Source: Amphiscolops sp. MND2022
Taxonomy: Eukaryota
Assembly: GCA_964187785.1 (NCBI GenBank)
Contig: OZ076414.1
Location: 65,596,001 to 65,660,000, forward strand
Reading direction: 5' to 3'
Length of the DNA: 64,000 bases
The notes beneath the pieces are model-generated. The model was not told the DNA's origin. It saw nothing but the letters and a program-made list of their open reading frames with translations, and did not search any database. Below are positions 12,145 through 23,600 of this stretch, piece by piece. Made by a program: the position numbers and the translations under genes. Positions within the stretch are counted from its first letter, which is position 1, and each line of letters opens with the position of its first letter.

Positions 12145-14700
12145 TTATATTTTGTTTTCTTCATTGTTTTGTACTTCATCGTTAAGGGAATCATTGGTAG
12201 CTTGTGGTTGAATTGAAATAAGTTTGTTTCGTGTATCGGAGTGTGATATAGATCCGGAGTATCTAGAATCTCTTGGTATTGAAGGTGGTCTGAATGAAGA
12301 AGTATATCGGGAAAAGTTATTATCTCTAGAATAAGAACGAGATCTATAGCGATGACGAGAGTCATTTTTATGTGGGGGTCGATATGAAGATGTATACGGA
12401 GAGCGGTAAGATCGAGAATATCTTTTATAGTGGTCATATCGTGAGCGAGTATAGTGTGGAGGAGTAATATTTTTGTCATAAGCAAATGCAACTCTAGATG
12501 TAAAACGATAATTGTTTTGAGAGGTGTTATTTTTGTTGAAATAATTGTTGCGCGATGTACTCCGAATGTGATATCGAGTATCATGTCGTTTTGTTCTATC
12601 ATTACAAGGAGAACGAAAGAATTGCACAAATGACTTTTGAGGGGATTTAGATCTAGCGTATGCTTCTTGTTTATCTTCGTCATCTCTTTGTTTTTTGAAT
12701 CAAGTCGAGATGGAATGATTAATTCTATGATAGAAGGAGCAATTTTTTTTCAAATGCAGGTTTTGTTTTGTTGTTAGGTCTTTAGGTTGTGTAAAGATAA
12801 CTTGATCGTTTTGAGGAGAGTCAAAAGTTTGTGTTTGGAATTGTTTTGTATTATTATTTAGTTCGAGAGTATGGTGATGTGTACGTATTTTGTCTTTAGC
12901 TATATCTCCAACGTCAACTTGTTTAACTAGTGTATGAAAGTGGAAATAAAGGTTCTAAAACAGTAGAAGTATGTTTCACTTGTCTTTTATTAACAAAGTC
13001 TTTGAGATTTTTTGGAAGTCCTTTTGTAAAGATTTAATTGCATTTCAATTTTTTTGTAGATTAGGAGTTTCTACTTGTGCATAAGAAGCAATCTTTGGTG
13101 CTGAAAACTATTTAAAATGCTTGCGCAAAAACAGACGGGCCTTGTTTATATGTGGCATTCAAACGAAAGTACCAACTAAGTGCTGTGCCAGTCAGTGAAC
13201 ATTGTATGAAAACCATACGTCTAGCGCGCCAAATTTTATATTCAAGATCTGTAGTTGTAAACCTAAGGAGAAAACAACGCCTGCCTCAATATTTTGTAGA
13301 TATTCTTCAGGAGTATAATTATGGTCTGAACCATCAAAGGGTTTAATAGGTTTAGAAATAGATGCAAAAGATTTTATTTATGTTGGGTTTGATACTGCTG
13401 AAGAGGGTATTGTAGAAGGCGGTACTGAATGATAAGTTGGTGTAATAGAAGGATTTGGATGTTTATTTTGTGTAGTTATACATGGTGGAGTAGATGTAAT
13501 TTTAATGTGAGGGTTTGTTCTGATGTTAGTTGAAGGGTATTAGATGTTTGAGAAAGTTTGATAATGAGAATCTTGAACTGTATATTGTATTGTTTGATTA
13601 GTATATTGTAATGTTGAAAGAGATTTTATATTTGTATGATTATTACGGGTATTACATGTAGTTGATTGTTGTGAATGATTTGGATTTGTACTTGTCAAAC
13701 AATTAGAGAGTGGGTTTGTAGGGATAGTTTGTATTGGAGGTCGAGATAAGTTTTGAGAAGTGGTATAAATAAGTATATAAGTAGATAAAGTATTCGTATG
13801 AAGAGTATTCATTGTTAAAACAGGTTGAGCAGTTTGCGTATAAGAAGTCTCTGCAGGTGTATATGATAGTGTTTGGTGAGGTAGTTAGCTTGTTGGAGTG
13901 CTTGTTTGAAATTGAGCTTGTGGTGTGTTTTGTGATGTATCCGTAATAGGTGCATTTGAGGAACATTGTTAAGGATTATTATGTGGGGTATTATGTGTAG
14001 AACATTGAGGTAGGACAGGAGGTGGTTCATATTTTCTTGGTGATGTATGATGAGTTGGAAATGGTTGTGTAATGTTTGTATTCGATGCTAGTGTTGTGGA
14101 TGTATCATCAGGTTGTTGAGTGTTACGTTCTTGAGCTATTATTTGTCTAACGTCTAATGAATTAGAATCTGCTATAAATGTTAAGCTAGGCTGGTTATTT
14201 CTGGTTACACCAGAAGGATCAGATAATTTTTGAATTGTAACAGTAGTTTGTTGTTCATGTGTTAAATTATTATGTTGTGTCATTGGTTTTTCCTGAGGGG
14301 CATTTCCAAATTGATCTTTTTGAGGTGTGTTTTGTTGGTCTTGAAATGGGGCTTCGTCTGTGTCATCAAGTATTTTTTGGAATATTTCTAGGTTATCATT
14401 ATCAAAGGATGTGTCAGAGATAATTTTAGAAGATTTATATGGTCAATAGTATCAGATGTTTCAGATTGTTCTGTAATAAAATGATCTTCAAGACTTATTT
14501 GTTCTAGATAGGATGGGTGAAAAGTGGTAAGATATTTGTAGTATCTATGTTTATTTTGAGTTTTTTTATGATAAATGGTAAGAGTTCTGTTTCGGTTAGT
14601 ACTTATGAGGAAGTGAATATATGCAGCGTGGTCTTGTTGATGTGTAATGTTTTGTATCGAAGGCAATATAAACAAAAGTCTGCGTGTTCTCTAAGTATGG
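12145..14700 (-). pseudogene. gag: Gag of element A (T/N/Q/P-rich N-terminus, retrotransposon gag core, degenerate CCHC, RS/RY-rich tail)
   Basis: MVFIQCSLTGTALSWYFRLNATYKQ (~13210); KGLPKNLKDFVNKRQVKH; CSFYHRINHSIST* (~12741-12700, broken CCHC); ORF 12145..12627 rich in R/S/Y. The 5' limit is approximate. Confidence 0.7.
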
Positions 14701-15727
14701 GTATAGTTTGTATTGAGTGGGGTTCTGTTTCAAATGGAACATGATTTGTGTAATGAAAAAAATTGTCATGTAAGTACGGTATTACACCGTGTGTAAAAAA
14801 ACGTATTTGTCTTTGTTGATCTGATTATATAAATGGTGATGGAAGCATTTTGATAAGCACTAGAATTTATGTCTGACATGAGAGTTAGTTATTAGAAAAG
14901 AAGGGTTTCCATAGGGGTAGATATATTGGAAGGTAAGATTTTTTGTATTGTAATTAGTATTATATGGAAGAATTTGATCTACAAAAACAATTTGAAGGAA
15001 AATTACACGTTTTATAGAAGGAATAAGTAAAAATTCGTTATGTACTAAAAAATTGAGAGTATCAATGGTATGGTAGATACCAAGAAGTCTTGAAAGTGGG
15101 AGTACAATATTTGCAATCATAAGTATCGTAATAAAGTTAGAGTTTAGAATTTGGGTATAAAATGTACCGAAAACTTATCAAAGAAAAAGGCAAGGCTTGC
15201 AAGTAGTCCAAGCTAGAACCTGAGACAGATATTAAACCGTACAATCAGCTGAAGGCATTTCTTGAATCGAGTTTAGATTTCATTGTAAAATTTTGTTATG
15301 TATTTTAATGAGAAGTATATTGTATGTAAAATCTTTCATATAGATTCTGTTATATATCTGTTATATATCCCATGGCACTGTTTGAAAAAGAGTTGTATCA
15401 TAGATGGAAATTTATATAAGGAGTGTATGAAATGGTTTGTTCAAAAAGTGCACCAACTTTAAACGAGTTGATCCAAGCGGCTAGAACCAGGGTGTCAACT
15501 AGCAGGATTCTAGAATAACTGACAGGAATTACGTTGGTTACGTAGTGAGAACCATACCAACAGGAAAGTTTTTCAAGGAAAATCGGTTGGAACGTTGAAT
15601 TATTAGCGGTAAGTGACGAAAAGAGGAAGAGAGACTGTGAGTCGAACCAAGAAGTAGCGTATGAAAAAATTGAAAAAAGATGTACAATTTGAGTGAATGC
15701 GTGAACAAAATGAAGAGAGAAGGAAAT

Positions 15728-15743
15728 TTTTGTGATTGCACCA
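15728..15743 (-). promoter_or_regulatory. Primer-binding site of element A (TGGTGCAATCAC..., possibly tRNA-Gly)
   Basis: TGG starts 2 nt inside the 5' LTR end; a similar TGGTACGATCAG sits at the same position in element C (~47916). The tRNA identity is an inference. Confidence 0.55.
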
Positions 15744-15745
15744 AT

Positions 15746-15986
15746 TATACTGCTTAGAATTAGTTTGATGTTCGCTATTAGTTCTTTTAGATGAGACGTA
15801 AGACGTTTCTAAGTTCCAAGCAAAACCGTTCCGCATCGCTAGCTTATCATTATTTTCTACAAGTTCTAAACTGATTGAGATCCCAGAGTTTCAACTAGTT
15901 TCTCTCTTAACTGAGAAGGCTTCTAGAGTCAAAGATTCATGTTTTTCTTTGGATTATAAAGTTCCAAAGTTACTTCAGTGATTACA
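15746..15986 (-). repeat. LTR (241 bp), 5' LTR of element A
   Basis: Aligns with 2630-2869; one terminus mutated (ta instead of tg on plus strand); visibly diverged from the left LTR. Confidence 0.8.
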
Positions 15987-18754
15987 TCAGATTCAAAGGT
16001 TCTCATTCAAAGGTTTACAGGAAGATTACTTCCCTACTGAAACTCTAATGAGGTTATTAGTAAAGGTCAGCATCCTAATTCTAAAATGTTAACTTCTGAA
16101 TGAAGTGTTATCTGTTAAGTTATTGGGTCTAAGATTTCATATACTTTCAAGAATATGAAAATACTTTACGACATGCATCATTGCATCACATTTCCCAACG
16201 CATCAACGTGGCCGGGCACAGGTAGAGCGCAAACATGGTTCTGCCAAGAGTGCCGACCAGAGAGCTTGAACCTGTTAACCTTCGTTGTTGCCGAGAGAAA
16301 CCCCCTTTTACAACCTGTAAGCGTTTACGCGACGATATCTGTGAGAAGGGTTCTCTGGCGAAAACACCTCTCTGCTTCGTCGAGGTAGAAAGAGAGTCAA
16401 TGAATTGATTCTCCGTCTCATTTGCCTTGGTACGAACCCATTAATGATTGTCGTCACCTTTGGGCCTGGCGCACTTTGCAACAACCCAATCCTGTCTGGA
16501 TAATGTGTTGGAGTGAACATGCAAAATGACCCTGCAAACTACAGATGAACAGAAAATCAAAACGAGAACACTTTGGAAAGTAACACGTGGATTGTGCTTT
16601 TCTGTTAAATCTGCATATCAAACGCATTTGAACCTACTAGTTCAGCAAAAGTCAATTGATCTTGTGATTCAAAGAAATTTGAAGTAATAATTACAACTTA
16701 TGTTCGTGATTAATAATGCATTAATGTGCTTTGTACAAGAATCGCAAATTTTGCAAATTTGTTTTAATGTTGAACATTATTCTGATATATTGTTTCATAT
16801 GTCGAATTGTAACAATGTTATAAATGAACTGATGTCCAATTGGTGATATTTAACTATCGAAAGATTTTGTTGTTATCAGAAATCAAGTGTGCATTGTTTG
16901 TGAATGCGCGTACTGTTTTATTTGAAGAGATACAAAAATGAATTGACTTTGAATGGAGTTCAGCTTCGTTTCTTGTTTGTCATGAAAACCTAACTTCATC
17001 TTTTTCTAAATTATGAACGAATTTGAACCCCATTTTATGCCTAATCACGCTCTTCTGAAAGTATTTTGTCGGGCATTTCCCCAGTCGGCCATTAGCGCCG
17101 TCGGCCAATTGACCTAGCACCGTGCTATACCATACCCACTGATAACTGAGTGACTCACTCATGTTAGTTCATGACGTCATTTTTCTATTCAACTTTGAAC
17201 TTTTCGAAAGAGTGAGTTTACGTTACGTCATTTATTACCTGTGCTGCTGCTCTTTGGTGACAACATATGCGAGATTGATTGAATTCCAGATGCCCAGGGA
17301 AAATAGCTTCTCTCCAGCCCACCACTACCTGACATGTGCACTTTCTTATCCGCTTGTCACAAGGGACTCCGCAAAGTATATGCCGTATGTTTCTCTCTGG
17401 AATCGATATTATTTGGTCCATGTTTCTTCTTTATTCCCCTTGTTTCTTTTGTCCCCAACTCAAAAGCAACTTCTGTGCTCCAAAAAATTCTCAGACGAAT
17501 ATTAGAGCTTGATATAGCTATAAATACTTGAGGATTGTCTATATAGTTGGTTCGACACTTGAAACAAAAAATGATCCTAATTTTTGTAGTTTCAGACAAA
17601 AAAGCAAAAATTCATTTCTGGAACGACTAAAAATAGATATGAAAGTTCCTATTTCACCGCAACTTTTCTCTGTGATAGAATAAAATGAGCATCTTTTAAC
17701 TGTCAACTGATGTTAGATTATGTCGACATCAGTTATTTAATTTGTCCAAAATGTCAGTGCAAATGATGTCGACAATGATATTTGTACCTTGTTTTTTAAC
17801 GAAAGCCAATAAAACCCCCACCCTCACACCGTCGGATGGGACAAATTGTACAATTATTTTTTACTGCCGTCAAAAAACTATTAGGAATAGTTCCATTCCG
17901 ATAAAAATGTTCAAATCTGTTATATCAGTTATGATTTTTTATACATGTCTTACTTGAAGAAAAAATTCTTGAATAGTTTTTTGCAATCGTATGAATGATT
18001 TCTCTACCAGTGTCAGGGAAACAATTTTATTCAGATTTTGAAAGTAAAATTTCAATTTTTCAGGGCCAAAATTTCCGTAAGAATATACTTTGCGGAGTCC
18101 CTCCTTCTCACACCCCGTACTGACAAAAATTTGAATTCCAAGACTGCCAAGGATTGGTAAGGACTGGTCAAGTTCTGGACGAGTGTTTTCATGTGCCACT
18201 TTTAGCCTTACAAGTCCTGGACCAGTCCTTACCAATCCTGGGGAATCTTGGAAATACGCTGCCAAGGACTGGAACACGGAAAAATCCAAAACCGATTCAG
18301 GGCTTATAAGGGCCGAATAGGTGCTATATTTAGTTGAAATGACTGTTGTTAGGTGCAGCAAGAAGGTTTTTTTAGTATGTTACCTTACAAAAATCGTGAA
18401 AATTGTTTCTCGTCAAGTGAACATGAAAACGACCTCAAAAATATTCGTTTCTATAGTCTGGGCTGTCCAACTGAGAAACAGTCGACACTGGCAGGGCTAC
18501 AAACGAACAGTTGCATATAAAAGGCCCCATTTACAATACCACATCAAATGAATGAGCCCAAAAAACATGTTTTGTTTGATGTCTCTCGAATTCCATCAAA
18601 TATCAGATCATGACGTCGAAAAGACATTTGATTGATTTAGGTCTTATTCCGTTAGATCTCAATACCCCTCTCCGGGAAAACCCTTTTTTTATTATTATAT
18701 CCGGTACTATTGAGCCCAGACATAGTCTCGGCTATGGGAATAGTACCGGAACAA

Positions 18755-21700
18755 TTATTCTGACAATTATTCGTTTCTTTTAGATGTTTGATTACAGACA
18801 TAAGAAGTCTAGGATTTTAACAGCAAAGTCGTCGTATTTCAAGTTAGTTTAGCTAGCCAGTTCTGGGTCTAGTCTTTCTGAGATCTCAGTTACTTTCTCT
18901 GTCGAGAGTAAGATTGTTTGGTGGATTAGAATCTAATTTTCTCCGACGAGATATATTCTATCAACTAGGGTAGATTTCATTCATTTACATTAATAAAAAA
19001 GTGACAGTACCAAGATGAATCTGAGAAGCTTGTTACAGGATATAATAAGTGAAGTTTCTTCTGAGATAATTAGCTTTCAAATGGAATTACATCTATTAAT
19101 TACTTGGGCTGAGAGTTCAGATATCTCTGAGTTATAGAATCTTTGAGGACATGTATCATGGCATCACAATCAACTGGGAATTTGAAAAATTAAAATTACA
19201 TATATGCACTTTGGCTTGAGGAGTTCTAGAGTTTGTGTTTCAAATGTTTAAGTTTTTGTTTCAGATGTTATATGTATGGGTTTGTTATGCATGAGTTTCG
19301 TTCTGAAATGTACCATACTTAAGAAGTGAGAAAAACCTTAGACGATTTGACTTCTTACGTCATAAACGATTCAATGGGTGCAAAAAGTTTCAGTTTCTTT
19401 GAGTTTCGTTGACTGACAGTTTTGTTCAAGTTATTATTGACAACAATTTTTTATTTCATGTTCCTTTTTCGTATCAGCCATCAGCTTGTTTGAAAAAAAG
19501 ATCATCAACATGAGTTAGCCAGCATTGAAAACTTCCCAAGTTGAAGCATTAAAGCGTGATGTTGTCAATGAGTTGTGAACCAACAGTGGCAAGAAGTTCT
19601 GAAAGCAAAAAAAAACTTTGACAATTGCAAGTTTCAAACATCGAAAAATCAGAAGTTAGAGTTTTGAACGGTTCAAATGAAAAAAAAATTAAATTTTTTG
19701 GGATTGTTTTGCGGAATAAAAATAAAGATGTAGGAAGCATGTTATGAAAAGAAAACATTTTGTCAAAAAGCTTAGAAAATGTTTGTACTATACGTAGGAC
19801 TTGTGTTCTGTAAAAGATGTGAATTATAGATTTATTGAATAGATGTATTATACCCATAACAGTAGAGATATAATTTGCGGTTACAACGTAATTATGGACT
19901 CGAATTTTTTGGGGGTTTAGCGACAAAGGTGGGCAATTATAGATGATTATGGAAAGTATGATTATACAATAATAAGATTAAATAAGGGTATACAATATTA
20001 AGATTATATTTTGGATTAACAATAAGTAAGATTATACAGTAGTTTAGAGTTATATTAAAATTTGAAATTGGGTTATTTTAAAGTATGAAATTGGCGGCAA
20101 GTGAATTGTTTGAAATTTGCAAGTGAATTCAGTTCAGCGGAGTGAAAAGACCAGTCAAGTAGAGAAGGAGTCGACGTTGCAGTGGCGGCCGTGAAGAAAG
20201 ACCAGTGAAGAGTTGAGTGTAGTGGCGGCCATGAAGAAAGACCAGTGAAGATGACAGAGGAAGAAGCCAGTTGACAAAGTTGAAGAACCCATAGTGACGA
20301 AGGATGATGGTGACCATCTGGAAGGTGTGCACGAAGCAGTGAGAAGTGTCAGCGTTGTAGGAGAAGTTCTTTGGAGGAGTGATCAACAATTACATCTCGA
20401 GGCATTATCGAAGAAGGATGAAGAAGTGAAGAGGAGATGTATCTGAAGAGTGAGAGAATGTAAGTAGATTGTTTATGACAATAAAGGATGTTGTTGCGGC
20501 GGATGGATGTTGAAGCGCGTCATATAATTCCAATTTTTGTGTATAGCCAAAATCTTGGAGCATATTGTTGAAAAGGTCGGTTGCTTCTTGAAGAGCTGTG
20601 CGAAAATAGTGATCTTTTGTAGTGAAGGATGAATTAAGAACGAAAACGACATTTGACGCCGTTTCGCATTTAGCAATTTTAGGGCCATCAAGATGAATGC
20701 GAGAATCTTGGTCGAATGTTATCTTTTTCTTCTTGATTTGAGTAACGTTATAGAGAACTTTCAAGAAGGCAATAAAAGATTTTGAAGTCACCCTTTTTTA
20801 TTAATTTCGAGAGAAAGTTTAAATGCCATGGTGTGGAATATGGCGGCTTTGAGGCTTTGAACTTTTGAAAAATCTGAGGTCATAGTAATATTATCGTGTG
20901 TTTCAGCGTTGGGAGCCATTGTGATGAAACTGTGAAGAGCGTGATGAAAGATAAGTGGAGATGTTTTGAAAGAACGCTGAAGGAGGAGGAAGAAGAATAG
21001 ATGTTTCTAAAACATAGGAACTTTAAGAAGATTGACAATGACAAGTCAAAGGTGTACAACAAAAATTGGTGCTACAATGTATTATATTTTGGTGCAATTA
21101 TATATTGTTTTTAAGGTGTCTTGTAGCTTAATTGTAATATGTAACATAGGCAAAGAATCGTAAATGTTTTCATGTACTTTAGGACAAGGAGTGTATGTAC
21201 TGTAAAGTAAAAAATTCCTGAGAATTCATTCAGAAAAGGGGAAGAAAGTGTTACCTTTATGTAGTTTAGAAATGTACCATAGAGTACCTTTGATGTAAGT
21301 CAAAAGATGTGCCATAAAGTGTACCAGAGGAGAAAAATTAGGAAATTTGTATTACCTGTAGAAGAGTTTATTGAAGATTAGTTGAAATAAAAAGAGTAGT
21401 TATGGATTCCAAAGCAGATTGAATTGCTTGGGATGATTGAGTGATGGGTTGAGAGTCTAGATGAAGTGTTTGTGTGTTCTGTCATAGCAGTGTAATATAT
21501 GTGTGAGTGGGTGTTTCAGAAGGAGTTCGTTTATATGGGTCTAAGAGGTTTGTCATATCGCGAAGTGTTCGATTGTTCAAGACAGAAAAAAGTTTGTCAG
21601 GAGTGTTTTTTATTGGTGAGGAAGGTAATTTGTGTTCTGATTTTTGTTCAGCTTGTACCATAAACGAAAAGATTTTGGCTGCAATAAACAAAAGTTCGTT

Positions 21701-22728
21701 ATAGGTGTATGTCTGTTTGTATAGAGCTGTATAATATGTTTTATCTTTGTCATCTAGCGGAGAAGAGACAAGTTGTTTTATAACGGTGAGAGGTTTTACT
21801 TTTTGAGTAGGAACGTTGCAAGGCAACAAAAAATCATCGAAATGTATAAGGTATTTTTGAGGTACAATAAGTGGGCGTGAAGTGTTATTGTATGGAAGCA
21901 AACCGTAGTACTGTTTTATAGGATCATAGTTTCAATGATATCCTGTTATACAAGAGTGATCAAGAGTGTACATATTTGTCATTGTGAAGGGTGATGTGTA
22001 TTTGTAATTAACGAAATTGAAAATTTTTGGTCTTGTGTGCTGTAAAAACTTAGTGTATGTTTGATGATGAGTAGTTTTTTGAGATACAGAGAGAAAGCAC
22101 GGATCAGATTCGTCTGTTTTTAAATCGTATATAGATGGGCGAAGAAAATTAAATTGCAGAGAAAAGATTTTGACTCCATTGTCAAGCCAGTATTGGTATG
22201 GACTCATGATTTTTGAAGCGATAGATGTGAAAAAGTCTTGATTTGTGTCATATAAGCGGAATGAATAGTCTGTAGGATGCATGTAGAGATAAGTTAGTTG
22301 TGCTTTGAAGATGAAATCATCATGAGAAAGAAGTGAGATCAAATAATCATCACGATTTGTAGAAAGAGAATTTTTGGGAGATATGAAAGGAGGATAGATT
22401 GGTGAAGAAAGAAAGAGAGGATCTTTCATAATTTCATATCGTGTTTTCGGAGGAAGTGGTGTTGCGTGTGTATGATCAGTATCATTGAGCGGAGTAGAAA
22501 CTTTCGATGTATCATGTTCAATTTTTTCGTGTTCCATTTGTTCTAGAAGAGTGGTAGGTATTGGTTCAGAAGTGTCAATATATAAAACAGGAGAATCATT
22601 TAGGAGAGGTCTTGTTGTGAGATCTGCTGTAGCTTGTTCAAGTTGATTTTGTAGATCGACTTGTGCTTGTGTCATTGTGTTGAAAGAAGAAACATCAACA
22701 ATCACAGTGATATCTATTCCAAGAGGCC
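18755..22728 (-). mobile_element. Element B: 3' portion of a related family member (LTR-like ~18755-18989, 3' UTR, accessory ORFs X2 and X1), 5'-truncated
   Basis: The LTR-like segment shares blocks with A LTRs (gtttcttttagatg..agacataa, agcaaa.tcgt, agctagc, agttct..ctgagat, tagaatc.aat.ttc) and ends in ca followed by tta like 2869; gattata-rich UTR like 3120-3300; ORFs homologous to A X1/X2. About 19400-19920 looks like an unrelated AT-rich insertion. Confidence 0.7.
20129..21062 (-). pseudogene. Accessory ORF X2, copy B
   Basis: ORFs 20880..21062, 20405..20791 and 20129..20389 are homologous to 3400-4317. Confidence 0.6.
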
Positions 22729-22735
22729 TTAGCAC
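21482..22735 (-). pseudogene. Accessory ORF X1, copy B (267-aa plus 139-aa open segments, 5'-truncated)
   Basis: ORFs 21932..22735 and 21482..21901 are homologous to 4600-6223. Confidence 0.7.
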
Positions 22736-23303
22736 TTTAAAGTGCTAAACTATTTTTTGCGTCCGAAGTTTGATAGTTATTGAACTTACGGTTCCTCTCT
22801 GTTTCCCCTCCATCTAATTTTTAAAGGAAAATTGCCAGATAAACTTCAGAGTGGCCGAATTAAAAATGATATCTTTTTCCTGAACAGGGAGATACCGTCT
22901 ACTAGAATAGTTTTTCGTTTGAACAAAACAATTTTTTGGACTTTCAAACACTTAGATTGTGATTATGTTGAAAGTTAACTGTTTTAAGTGATCAAAATGT
23001 AAGGTTTATGATCAGATTTCAAGTCTTGTTGGTCAGATATTTTTGCTTACATTGAACAGGTGTGAGGAACAGAAAAGAACCGAAGATTGATTTTGCTCAA
23101 ACGTCGCAAAACTGTTCGTCCTTTTTGAACGAAAACCATCTCACTGAAATACCATACGATTACATTGAGACTTTCCGAACATTTCATCACTAAAAGAATC
23201 AATTTCGCATCAAAAAAGTTGGCCTTTGCAGCTAATTTTGATTGCCTGTGGACAAGATATTATCATCTGACATCGTTTCCCGACTTCCAACGTTTAACCA
23301 ACG

Positions 23304-23600
23304 ATGCCGTCACATGTTATAATTCTTACTCTGTTGTTATTTGTGATGAGAGAAGCGGTTTCAATGAATGAAGCGTTCAGAAAGGCGGTTTTGAGCAGCC
23401 ACAATTCTTATCGACAAAAAGCTGGACTACTTCCTCTCGTATGGAGCATCAAACTTGCGAATGAAATAAAAAACTCGAAGACCGTGAAAAAGATAAGAGA
23501 TACATTGCCCAACAGGACAGACAGCGAATATCTTGATGATTTTATTGATGCAGGTGCAATTCGTTGCCCGTGTCCCTCAGAAGCATTTGACAAAATCTAG
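23304..23600 (+). CDS. Short secreted CAP/SCP (PR-1/CRISP-like) protein fragment, 98 aa; host gene exon or pseudogene
   Basis: Hydrophobic N-terminus VIILTLLLFV followed by FRKAVLSSHNSYRQKAGLLPLVWSIKLANE, matching the CAP N-terminal HNxYR..PL.WS..LA motif; the downstream CAP motifs are not seen. Confidence 0.55.
   Translation: MPSHVIILTLLLFVMREAVSMNEAFRKAVLSSHNSYRQKAGLLPLVWSIKLANEIKNSKTVKKIRDTLPNRTDSEYLDDFIDAGAIRCPCPSEAFDKI

Larger units (their letters stand above)
2630..15986 (-). mobile_element. Element A: ~13.3 kb Ty3/Gypsy-type endogenous-virus-like LTR element (gag - [PR/RT deleted] - RNase H - IN - S/T/P-rich ORF - env - two accessory ORFs), decayed
   Basis: Paired LTRs, PBS, gag, RNase H and integrase motifs in Gypsy order, followed by a TM glycoprotein. 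A 200-N gap lies just inside the left LTR and no TSD is visible, so continuity across the gap is not proven. Confidence 0.8.

Noticed and set aside
11556-12683. Longest ORF in the track (375 aa)
   Set aside because: Mostly an off-frame read of the gag tail and RNase H across a deletion junction; the meaningful motifs lie in other frames
2625-15991. Target-site duplication for element A
   Set aside because: Flanks ctttt and tcaga do not match, and the CRE sequence does not resume after 15986; the LTRs may belong to different copies across the gap
16155-16530. GC-richer island as a host exon
   Set aside because: Short ORFs on both strands with no recognisable motif; splice sites only suggestive
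20181-20251. 40-bp-period direct repeat in the B X2 tail
   Set aside because: Local slippage duplication, out of frame and absent from copy A
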